This document shows, piece by piece, positions 25,878-33,423 of a stretch of 34,419 nucleotides of DNA. Source of the stretch: a virus (taxonomy: Duplodnaviria; Heunggongvirae; Uroviricota; Caudoviricetes); the IMG/VR virus record IMGVR_UViG_2671180847_000009. One strand, written 5' to 3'. The translations under genes were made by a program, and so were the position numbers. Every line of letters starts with the position of its first letter. The stretch's first letter is position 1. The notes under the pieces are model-generated. The model did no database searches. It had not been told where the DNA came from and saw nothing but the letters and a program-made list of their open reading frames with translations.

Positions 25878-28633
25878 TTTCCACTGGTCAGGCCACTCCG
25901 CAGCAGGTCTGCTTTGCGGCGGGCGCGTTCAGTGGTTTCACTGATTCTCTGTTCGTGCTCTGCGTCGCGGATGGCGCGCAGCATGTCAGAAAGCACGGTA
26001 ACGGGTGTTTTCATGGTGTTCTGGTCTTGCTGAAGTGTGGATGCCAGGCGTGCGGCGGCTTCAGGGTCTGATGCCCCTAGTTGTTCCAGATAGCTGGCGA
26101 CCGGGTTATGGCGGATCTCCGTGCTGCTTACGCCGTGGTTACGGCTCAGGCGTTGCCAGAGCTGCGTGATTCGGCTGTCCGGGCGGGGATCCGGTTTGCG
26201 TACAATTTCAAATCCCTGCGGTGCAATGATGCTGCCGTCAACGTACAGGCTGCCGCCCCGTAACAGGTGCTGCATCTGCTGTTCACCGATATGCAGGCCG
26301 AGAGATTCGGCAGACTTCCGCCATTCTTTAGCGAGTAATTCGTGGTTATCAGGCAAAGGCCGCTGCTGTTTGCGGCTCTGTGTCCAGGTCTGCATTTCAT
26401 CACTGCTGTTTTTTGCCTGTTTGTCACGCAGCGAACGCATCAGCGCCCGGCGTTCGTGCCGTTTCAGTGAGCGCATCCATTCATCCACATCAACGCCGTC
26501 AGGAAGCTGCGGCCACGGTGCTGGCCGTTCTTCCGGCTGTTCTGTCCCGTTGTTGTCCGTTTCCTGTACACGGGGACAGTTATTGCCACGAGTCCAAGGG
26601 GCGGCAGGGCCGCCCTGAAGGTCAAAACCATTTTCGTGGGCGTTGTCTTCTGGTTCTGGTTTACGTCTTACCAACTTCCAGTTATCCGGATGCGTGCACA
26701 CACGGGAGGATTCCCCGATGAGTGGTGACCAGATCCCGTAAATCTGTACGCTCTGTTCGCCGTAATCGTTCAGCTCATCTGCGAGGTCGTAGGCGGTGCG
26801 AATCAGGTAGTCCTTGCGTGGAACAAGCACGCCACCCTGTTTTTCAATGTAGGTGGCAAAACACCCGGCATCGGCGGCAGCGAGTACCGCATCCATTGCA
26901 TCATCTTTCAGCCGTTGCGGGCCTTCCGGATTGCGTGCCATCTGGCTGGCAAGGCGGCGCAGTTCACGCCACACCTGACGGGAGGGGATGCCAAAGAACT
27001 GGAACTGACGGACCCGGTGAAGGCGCGCCCAGCCGATGGCGCGCTCCACGCTCTCGGCCATTGATTTTCCGGTTTCGTGGTCAACGCGTGGCTTGCCCGT
27101 TTTCGGGTCGATGCCATCCACGGCGCGGCTGTCCAGGTTCTTTCCGATGTAGGTGGCGATGTAGCTGGTTGGTGTGCCTTTTGAGCCGTCGACATACTCC
27201 GCCTTAAAACGCGGAGTTATGTCATCGCCCAGCTCGTGGCGGTCCTCCTGAATGGCAATATCGCAGACGTGGGACACGATGGTTTCAATCTCGTCCGGAT
27301 GTGCAAAGACCATCATATGCCAGTGCACAGTGCCGTCATGGTGAGGCTCCACCGTGCGGATGCCATACCAGCGCAGGCCGTCGCGGTTCAGTTTTTTGCG
27401 GACCGCCGCAAAAAACGTGTTAACCAGGTAATCGCTGGAGTCGCGCATGGTGGCCCCGTTCCATTTGGGGTTCGGATGACCGTTCTCCGTTGTTGCGTGG
27501 TATTTTGACGGGCAGGTGACGGTCAGAAACACCGCTCTGTCGCCACGGGCTTCGGCCAGAAGTTCCAGTCCCTTCATGGTGGCCATCATTTCTGCCTTAC
27601 GGTGAACCGGGTTACTTACTCCCGCGTAATACACCGTCTCGAGATCAATCGTGAACCCGTCTTCATTTTCCAGCATGAAACTTTTCAGGAAATCGCGTGT
27701 TTTCTCGCGCTGTGCGCGAAACTCGCTTAACGCGTCCTGGCTCAGATAGGGCGATGTTTTTCTGGAAACCAGACAGGCGGCGCGGAGTTGTTCTTCTCTC
27801 CACTCGCAACGTAACAACCACAGTTTGCGTTTCCACCATTCCGCACAGGTCAGGCGAAGGATTGCGCCCGGCAGCAGCTCCGTGTCTGGTTCGTTTCTCC
27901 GGTCTTTGTCTGTTGTCAGTGTGTCATAATGCGGCGGCGTGACGTGCAGGTGTAACGCCATGCGAGCCAGCATCTGATATGCCTTCAGTGCCACCTCCAT
28001 GGTCAGCTCGCCATCGGTCGCGCCAAAGCCATCGCAGAGTGTTTCGAAGGTGCTGCTGAACATCGCCGCCGTCATGGTGGCCAGCGTCTGTATCTGGTGT
28101 TTGTTGAGCTGCGGCAGGTAAAGCAAATCGTCCAGGCGTTCGCGTCCGGCAAGGGAGCGATACCCCTGTGTCAGCCAGCGGCTGTCGGTGCGATCCAGAC
28201 GTTCGAATATTTTGCGCAGGGTTCCGCGTGCATAGCGTTCCGCCTGCCAACTCTTTTTGCCTTTCCGGCGATCGGCTTCCTGTTTTTTGCGCAGGAAGGA
28301 GAGGTGGCGAATAAGCGGATCGCGCAGATAGGATGGCAGCAGGCGCAGCGAGGCCATGGCTTCATCCACCGCACCGCGTGCCTGTTTTCTGGCTTCTCTG
28401 GCCAGTGTGATGGTTTTGTCCTGTTTTTCCTGTGCGTCCAGGCTTTTATTAATCAGGTTGCCCAGCGGTGTGGCGGAGAACGCCGCATCAGCCATTTCCT
28501 GGCGGCGCTCGTTCTCTGCCCGGTAGGCATCCAGCCAGGAGGAAAGTGCGGATTCAGGAGCGGGGATCTCCGTTCCTTCACGCCCCACTGCGTGGCGCGG
28601 TTGTTGCCAGTCCCTGATGTACTCTGTCGTCAT
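25811..28633 (-). CDS. A: Replication initiation endonuclease, P2 gpA-like (rolling-circle Rep), 940 aa
   Basis: HUH motif in TVEPHHDGTVHWHMMVF and catalytic-Tyr region GTPTSYIATYIGK; located where P2 gene A lies relative to cox and Q. Confidence 0.8.
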   Translation of the reverse strand: MTTEYIRDWQQPRHAVGREGTEIPAPESALSSWLDAYRAENERRQEMADAAFSATPLGNLINKSLDAQEKQDKTITLAREARKQARGAVDEAMASLRLLPSYLRDPLIRHLSFLRKKQEADRRKGKKSWQAERYARGTLRKIFERLDRTDSRWLTQGYRSLAGRERLDDLLYLPQLNKHQIQTLATMTAAMFSSTFETLCDGFGATDGELTMEVALKAYQMLARMALHLHVTPPHYDTLTTDKDRRNEPDTELLPGAILRLTCAEWWKRKLWLLRCEWREEQLRAACLVSRKTSPYLSQDALSEFRAQREKTRDFLKSFMLENEDGFTIDLETVYYAGVSNPVHRKAEMMATMKGLELLAEARGDRAVFLTVTCPSKYHATTENGHPNPKWNGATMRDSSDYLVNTFFAAVRKKLNRDGLRWYGIRTVEPHHDGTVHWHMMVFAHPDEIETIVSHVCDIAIQEDRHELGDDITPRFKAEYVDGSKGTPTSYIATYIGKNLDSRAVDGIDPKTGKPRVDHETGKSMAESVERAIGWARLHRVRQFQFFGIPSRQVWRELRRLASQMARNPEGPQRLKDDAMDAVLAAADAGCFATYIEKQGGVLVPRKDYLIRTAYDLADELNDYGEQSVQIYGIWSPLIGESSRVCTHPDNWKLVRRKPEPEDNAHENGFDLQGGPAAPWTRGNNCPRVQETDNNGTEQPEERPAPWPQLPDGVDVDEWMRSLKRHERRALMRSLRDKQAKNSSDEMQTWTQSRKQQRPLPDNHELLAKEWRKSAESLGLHIGEQQMQHLLRGGSLYVDGSIIAPQGFEIVRKPDPRPDSRITQLWQRLSRNHGVSSTEIRHNPVASYLEQLGASDPEAAARLASTLQQDQNTMKTPVTVLSDMLRAIRDAEHEQRISETTERARRKADLLRSGLTSGNKKQTKTGFTNPVNEQKTRRDI

Positions 28634-28639
28634 ACTGAT

Positions 28640-29005
28640 TTACTTCGTCATTCCGTTCAGAGTGTCACGGCAAACGGCAGCCAGCCGCTGAATCTCCAGC
28701 ACAGTGTCTTCTGTGTCGGCATGGTGGTGTGTGATGCGGATGCTGTCGGCAATCACATCGACGATCGCAGAGGATGGGCGCTGGTAAATGCCAATAACGG
28801 ACGGGATGCCGGCTTCAATGCGGTAAAGCCTGTAATTCCCCTCGTGGCTGTCAATCATGTAGCGACCATCAATAACAATTTTTCCGTCAGCGAGCTGCGG
28901 TACAGGCAGGGATTTCAGGTACATGTCATAACGTTCACGCACGCGAACGGCAAGATCACGCTCTGTGTTGAGCAGGTATTCAAGAAAGTCGTTGGCGAGA
29001 ATCAT
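28640..29005 (-). CDS. Hypothetical protein (121 aa) immediately upstream of gene A
   Basis: AAGAGGA RBS; 6-nt gap to A start; no family recognised (occupies roughly the position of P2 B but shows no recognisable similarity). Confidence 0.4.
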   Translation of the reverse strand: MILANDFLEYLLNTERDLAVRVRERYDMYLKSLPVPQLADGKIVIDGRYMIDSHEGNYRLYRIEAGIPSVIGIYQRPSSAIVDVIADSIRITHHHADTEDTVLEIQRLAAVCRDTLNGMTK

Positions 29006-29077
29006 TGCGGCAATCCTCTTGTTACAGATGTGCGAAGGCCTCCCGCCGCAAGGTGCAGGAAAGGCCCGGAACAGGAA

Positions 29078-29308
29078 TTAATGGAGTTTGTTTTGCTGCT
29101 GGATGAGATCCTGAAGAGACAGGAGGTCTTCCGCCAGATAGCTGAATACAGCGGCGCAGTAGTCGGCTGAAATAGTGCTGTTGAGTCTGTGCAATGTGTT
29201 GGATTGCATGATAAAGGCGATGTGTGCAGCGCGGGTGAGTCTGCGGTCGATTTCAGTCTGGATGTGACGACGCTCCGCGATAGCGCGGTGCTGTTTGCGG
29301 TTTGCCAT
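29078..29308 (-). CDS. Hypothetical protein (76 aa)
   Basis: ATG with AAGAGG RBS; preferred over the overlapping 205-aa ORF in another frame. Confidence 0.4.
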   Translation of the reverse strand: MANRKQHRAIAERRHIQTEIDRRLTRAAHIAFIMQSNTLHRLNSTISADYCAAVFSYLAEDLLSLQDLIQQQNKLH

Positions 29309-29628
29309 GATATGTGGCCTCTTGTAGTAAGTTGTGAAAACTCACCATCCAGAGGTTCCAAGCTCGGGGTGGTGAGACGTACAGGGTTGGAACTACCGGC
29401 TACAAGAGATCCCGGCCCGACCGAAATCGGCCCCGTACGCCCCACCATAATTCGTGTGCGAAAAAGACGTGGCAATACAGTTCGCACAAAAAAACCGCTG
29501 GCGCGGTTGTGCGCTCTTGTAGTCTGCGGGGTTCCAATCCCGGCACCCGTTTTATGAGGTGCAGCGGAAATGTAACCTGACTGATTGCGGCATGGCAAGC
29601 GGTTTTTTTGTGTGTGCATAGTGGTTAC
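29309..29628 (-). promoter_or_regulatory. Structured 320-bp intergenic element inside the early operon (terminator/attenuator-like hairpins, possible promoter or small RNA)
   Basis: No credible ORF; minus-strand RNA contains hairpin CCGC-GCCA-GCGG followed by U7 (plus 29488-29506) flanked by mutually exclusive stems CGCACAA/TTGTGCG and GTGCGAA/TTCGCAC; further long-range complementarity CTCTTGTAG/CTACAAGAG (29320-29328/29401-29409). Confidence 0.3.
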
Positions 29629-30180
29629 TCAGTCCGGTAGCAGTTCGCAAAGCACGGTGTCAGCGGCGGTATATCGTGCGTAAAGCCGGGCGGGAACCCA
29701 TCTTTTAAGGGATATCCCGGCTGTGTCCCGGATGTGCTTCCTGATTTCGCTGAATGTCATCCCCTTCTCATCACGCAGTTCAGTTACCAATTCCACCAGG
29801 TGATCGCTGTATCTGGTTCTGTGGTGGAGTTCCCCGTATTTCCTGAACCGATACCCTCTTTTTCTCAGGTTTAGTTCCACCGTGGATGGCGAGCGCCCCA
29901 ACTCATTCGCGAGTTCCCGGATAGTTTTTGTGTGGCGATTCCTGATGAGCATGCTGAGTTCTTTTGTGCTCAGGTGGGGGCGTTTGGCGTGAATAACCCC
30001 CTGAGAGAGCAAAAGGCGGATGCGACTTCGTATTGCTGACTCGGTTCTCTGAAGGTACTTTGTCAGCTCCGGCGCTGTGTGGGAGTGGTATAAAGTGGCT
30101 AAAAGTTCATCCTCCTGCTGTGTCCATGGTTTTACATGTGCCGGAGCCACACCAGGTGTACCCATTGGTTTGAGTTTCAT
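29629..30180 (-). CDS. Putative DNA-binding protein with tandem HTH-like repeats (183 aa)
   Basis: Three repeats resembling Myb/sigma-70 region-4 type HTH (W-x-x-x-E-D-E-L-L, L-x-x-x-I-R-E-L-A-x-E-L-G-R-S, G-M-T-F-S-E-I-R-K-H-I); AAGGGAG RBS. Confidence 0.4.
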   Translation of the reverse strand: MKLKPMGTPGVAPAHVKPWTQQEDELLATLYHSHTAPELTKYLQRTESAIRSRIRLLLSQGVIHAKRPHLSTKELSMLIRNRHTKTIRELANELGRSPSTVELNLRKRGYRFRKYGELHHRTRYSDHLVELVTELRDEKGMTFSEIRKHIRDTAGISLKRWVPARLYARYTAADTVLCELLPD

Positions 30181-30194
30181 TGTGATTTACTCCC

Positions 30195-30494
30195 TTACTG
30201 GTTAAGGAAAAAATCGAAAACGTTGTCGATGCGTTGCAGCAGCTCCTGCTGCATTGCTTCCGGCGTTTCTGATTCACCTGGTGACTCCAGCGTCGCGCAA
30301 AAATCCTTGATTTCATGATGGAGCGTCAGACGAATGGCAGGAGCCATGGTTCTGGCGTGCTCCAGCTCATCCAGCAGTGCCAGCACGGCAGATGGCGAGA
30401 GCATTGCGCGAAACGCCAGTAATTTTTGATGCGTTGCCATTCGTTGCAGGTCAGTCGCCAGTTCGCGTAGTTCCTGGTGGTTGATGGTGCTCAT
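30195..30494 (-). CDS. Hypothetical small helical protein (99 aa)
   Basis: ORF in early operon, start overlaps upstream gene stop. Confidence 0.4.
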   Translation of the reverse strand: MSTINHQELRELATDLQRMATHQKLLAFRAMLSPSAVLALLDELEHARTMAPAIRLTLHHEIKDFCATLESPGESETPEAMQQELLQRIDNVFDFFLNQ

Positions 30495-30757
30495 GCTCTG
30501 GCTTCCTTCAGTAGCTGGTTAAACATGTGAGTAAGTGGATTGCTACACCCGAACGGCATCGGGTTTACGTGGTAAGAAGCCTGGCCTCCTGCTTTGCGAG
30601 CGCGACCACCTGTGCTGCGGTTTGTTCTGATGACTAAGCCGCCGCGCCAGAGTCGGCGTAACTCAGCATTGATGGCTGTGGTTGGGGTATTCAGTGCTGC
30701 GGCGATTTCTCCGCCGCTACAACCCGGATGGGTAGCGATGTAGTCCAGAATGGTCAT
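30491..30757 (-). CDS. Small winged-helix-like DNA-binding protein (88 aa)
   Basis: Segment GGEIAAALNTPTTAINAELRRLWRGGLV resembles a winged-helix recognition unit; translationally coupled to neighbours. Confidence 0.4.
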   Translation of the reverse strand: MTILDYIATHPGCSGGEIAAALNTPTTAINAELRRLWRGGLVIRTNRSTGGRARKAGGQASYHVNPMPFGCSNPLTHMFNQLLKEARA

Positions 30758-30957
30758 CTGCGTGGCTCCTGTACCTGTCGGATAAGATTCACCCGCTCCA
30801 CGTTGGTGGCGCAGAAGTAAGTGTCGTCAGTGAGATAAATGTGATGCGCGTCAGGTTGCGAACGGTGACGGTCGAGCGTTTTAATCAGCCGTTCGTCAAC
30901 TTCGTATTCACGCCCTCTGGAGGTGAAACGAATGACGGAAAAACGCTTAATTGCCAT
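30754..30957 (-). CDS. Hypothetical protein (67 aa)
   Basis: AAGGGGG RBS upstream of ATG; coupled to downstream gene. Confidence 0.4.
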   Translation of the reverse strand: MAIKRFSVIRFTSRGREYEVDERLIKTLDRHRSQPDAHHIYLTDDTYFCATNVERVNLIRQVQEPRR

Positions 30958-30980
30958 TGCGCCCCCTTTGTCCAGTAACC

Positions 30981-31391
30981 CTATGCGTTAAATACGGTGT
31001 GTTGGGCGTCATCAATGAATGCAACTTGAGAGCGCTCTATCAGGCGGAGATTTGTCAGAATCTCTGACTCCCTTATGGGGTGCGGAGTGATCAGGTATTT
31101 ATCCTGTAATCCGGCGATAATGGTGTATCGCTGTAGCTCCGAGCCAATTGTGTAAATAAGGCGTCCGGTGTTAGATAAATCCAGTCCGGTGATTGGTTGT
31201 GTTCTGAGAACCACCAGTTCAGCATCCTGTTTTGCGATAATTTCGGCTGCTTCTGCCGTGACTCTTGCGACTATCAGTGTGTGGATTGCGACGTCCATAT
31301 GTGCATTTGCCACGGCTTTTTTCGCTACTTCGTTTTCTGTCTTTGAAATTTCTTTCAGTGCTCTGATAATACCTTCTTCTTTTGCGTTCAT
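30981..31391 (-). CDS. Hypothetical protein (136 aa), AT-richer than backbone
   Basis: GGAGAT RBS; no recognisable family; composition by eye differs from flanking phage genes. Confidence 0.4.
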   Translation of the reverse strand: MNAKEEGIIRALKEISKTENEVAKKAVANAHMDVAIHTLIVARVTAEAAEIIAKQDAELVVLRTQPITGLDLSNTGRLIYTIGSELQRYTIIAGLQDKYLITPHPIRESEILTNLRLIERSQVAFIDDAQHTVFNA

Positions 31392-31483
31392 TTTATATCT
31401 CCGTTATTTATGTGTGCGAATACCTCCGCGAATGCGGATGGTTTTCAGGTTTTCGGGTTTAATCTGGTGTTTTATTTAAGCTG

Positions 31484-31597
31484 TTATTCGTCAGTGAAAA
31501 AGCGTTCAATCTTTTTTACTGAATGAATAATTCGCATAATCCCAATGGCGCAGGCCACCGAAATAATCAGAACAAGCCATGAGATAAATATACTCAT
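31484..31597 (-). CDS. Small hydrophobic ORF (37 aa, single predicted transmembrane helix)
   Basis: ATG overlaps the stop of the upstream 80-aa gene (ATGA); peptide MSIFISWLVLIISVACAIGIMRIIHSVKKIERFFTDE; below the ORF-track length cutoff. Confidence 0.35.
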   Translation of the reverse strand: MSIFISWLVLIISVACAIGIMRIIHSVKKIERFFTDE

Positions 31598-31836
31598 GCG
31601 ATATTCCCCAGCTTATACGGTTCAATGCGCTCTCCGCATTCTGCGGCGCAGACGAGTTCGGAAAGCTCGTTAATCGCATCCAAATCGTCAGCGTAAAAAG
31701 CTACGTCATAAAGACTTCTGATAGCCCTCGCTAATGAATCATGGGCTGCGTGTTCAGCGTGGGGGCCTGACGTGTTTAAGCGAAAATGAAAGCGCTCAAG
31801 TGCTTTATTAACGAGAGTTTTGTATTCTTGGTCCAT
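31594..31836 (-). CDS. Hypothetical protein (80 aa)
   Basis: ORF in early operon; no family recognised. Confidence 0.4.
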   Translation of the reverse strand: MDQEYKTLVNKALERFHFRLNTSGPHAEHAAHDSLARAIRSLYDVAFYADDLDAINELSELVCAAECGERIEPYKLGNIA

Positions 31837-31847
31837 TGTAACGCCCT

Positions 31848-32125
31848 TTAATCTGCCTTCTGGATTTCTGCTTTTGAATCCATGCAGATAATTTCGATGT
31901 ATGGTTCATCGCTATTAATCTGACGTGCCTTTTCAGCTTCGCTAATGATTTCTCGTACGGTCTGGTACGGAAGCTCCACAGTCAGGCGCGTACCGTTCAG
32001 ATAAACGTAAGTAGCTGCGTTTTTTCGGATGGAACAACTCCGTCAATGGCTGATGCGCGTAATAACAGTTCACCGCGAAAATCAATAAAACGGAGAAATA
32101 CACCTTGTGCATGCTCTTTGGTCAT
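31848..32125 (-). pseudogene. Gene interrupted at an A6 run: frameshifted ORF (42 aa in frame 0 from MTKEHAQ, continuing in the -1 frame for ~50 more codons)
   Basis: Start ATG 32125 with AGGTG RBS; frame 0 stops at 31997; -1 frame is open from the run of six A (minus strand, plus 32020-32025) to TAA at 31848-31850. One extra A would give a continuous 92-aa ORF. Confidence 0.4.
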
Positions 32126-32135
32126 AAAGCACCTG

Positions 32136-32486
32136 TTATAAATCAGCCTGTTTAATAAAACTTTGCCCGCGAAGCAGACGATCAACCGTGCGAAGTGCTT
32201 CGTATAATGTGAAATCCTGCCTGAACTGATTGTCGCCGTTGCTCAGTGCAAAAATGCGGTTTCCGGTAAATGGGTTGCGCTGGCATCTGTGGACCACGAT
32301 TCCAGCCTTCTCAATCAGCCAGGTGTGTTCACCAATTTGTTTTACGGGATGGCCATCAGGTGTGGCGTGTGTTTCGCTCAGGCTGTAGCGAGAGTTGCTA
32401 CGTGATGCACTGGTAGCGAAACGGTTAGCGTGGCGTTCCGCACCGTTGCGGAAGCGCTGCTGTGAAGAATTGCGCCGTTCCTTCAT
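32136..32486 (-). CDS. Hypothetical protein (116 aa), first gene after cox-like
   Basis: ORF in early operon; Arg/Ser-rich N-terminus; no family recognised. Confidence 0.4.
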   Translation of the reverse strand: MKERRNSSQQRFRNGAERHANRFATSASRSNSRYSLSETHATPDGHPVKQIGEHTWLIEKAGIVVHRCQRNPFTGNRIFALSNGDNQFRQDFTLYEALRTVDRLLRGQSFIKQADL

Positions 32487-32523
32487 ATCAAAATACTCCG
32501 CCTAAAATGAATTATGGTTTGAG

Positions 32524-32949
32524 TTATGCTGCTTTACCGCTGATATTTCTGTTTCGTCTGCCACTTGTTGGCTTAAACAAAAACAGACGGTTTTCCCAGT
32601 CGTGCCATTCCTGAGGTGCGTTTTCGATGAGGCGATCGCATGCTTCATCCCACGCTTTTCTGTTGATGTAGAGTTCAGCGTTTCCGCCTGGTTTGAGAGG
32701 GTCCGCCATATACACCGCAGGTAGCTTTCCTGCTTTGGCCATGCTTACGATGGCGTCAACGGTCTTTCCGATATACATCGCAAATCCTTCTTTTGACAGG
32801 AGATGCGAGGGATTTTCTGAAAGTCGAATCTCTTCACGTTCACGTGCTTTGCGTCCTGTTTTTTGATGCTCCCCTTCTGGCATTTCTGGCAGGTGATCGC
32901 ATCGTGTTCCGCAAAGTGACTCAGGCGCGTTTTGAGTGCTTTCTTGCAT
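32524..32949 (-). CDS. cox: Cox-like excisionase/early repressor with N-terminal extension (141 aa)
   Basis: Segment FAMYIGKTVDAIVSMAKAGKLPAVYMADPLKPGG...AW parallels P2 Cox (FAKLIGKSTGAVRRMIDKGKLPVIDMTDPQSASG...AW); start at second ATG (32949) with GGAGG RBS; divergent from C. Confidence 0.55.
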   Translation of the reverse strand: MQESTQNAPESLCGTRCDHLPEMPEGEHQKTGRKAREREEIRLSENPSHLLSKEGFAMYIGKTVDAIVSMAKAGKLPAVYMADPLKPGGNAELYINRKAWDEACDRLIENAPQEWHDWENRLFLFKPTSGRRNRNISGKAA

Positions 32950-33063
32950 CTGATATCCTCCGCCATTGGTGCTTTTTCTAATTGGCACTAGTTGGAACCA
33001 CTTAGAACATTCTTTTGCTGTTCATATGTGGTGTTAATCTACACATATGTAGGAGTTTGTCAA
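32950..33063. promoter_or_regulatory. Divergent immunity promoter/operator region (Pe/Pc equivalent)
   Basis: 114-bp region between divergent cox-like and C genes; inverted repeat CATATGTG-N11-CACATATG at 33023-33049; TTGCTG -35-like hexamer at 33015-33020. Confidence 0.45.
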
Positions 33064-33357
33064 ATGGACATTCCTCAAAAAATTCGCGTCATGCGTAAAT
33101 CTGAAGATCTGACTCAGCGGGAATTCGCTGATATGATTGGAATTTCTTATTCTGCTCTGACCAGTTATGAGTATGGTCGTAACCTTCCTGGTCTTGAGAT
33201 CACTATCAAGCTTTTCAAGCACCCGAGATTTTCTAAATACCGCGACTGGTTTTTGTTTGATGAAGTTGAACCCAAGGCCGGGCAGGTTGTACCGGCTCTC
33301 GCACACATTGGGCAAGACGAAGCGGAATCATCCCGCTCCGGCAAGAAAACTGGTTAA
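33064..33357 (+). CDS. C: Immunity repressor, P2 C-like (97 aa)
   Basis: KIRVMRKSEDLTQREFADMIGISYSALTSYEYGR...PALAHIGQDEAESSRSGKKTG aligns closely with P2 C; start at MDIPQK with AGGAG RBS. Confidence 0.8.
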   Translation: MDIPQKIRVMRKSEDLTQREFADMIGISYSALTSYEYGRNLPGLEITIKLFKHPRFSKYRDWFLFDEVEPKAGQVVPALAHIGQDEAESSRSGKKTG

Positions 33358-33423
33358 CGGTTCATCAGGCATTTATTTCCCAGAGCTGTGATCAAGATGA
33401 TGTTTTCATTGGAGGGCTTCCTT

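Noticed and set aside
28097-29170. 357-aa plus-strand ORF opposite gene A and neighbours
   Set aside because: Antisense to the replication gene with clear Rep motifs; spans several minus-strand genes.
29002-29619. 205-aa minus-strand ORF spanning the structured intergenic region and overlapping the 76-aa gene
   Set aside because: Wrong-frame read-through of GC-rich sequence: Ser/Thr/Pro/Arg-rich, no good RBS, overlaps a better-supported gene with a strong RBS.
29309-29628. Retron msr/msd or tRNA-like gene in the early-operon intergenic region
   Set aside because: No reverse transcriptase gene anywhere in the window; the T-loop-like GGTTCCAATCC does not fit tRNA consensus (TTCRA). Kept only as an unclassified structured element.
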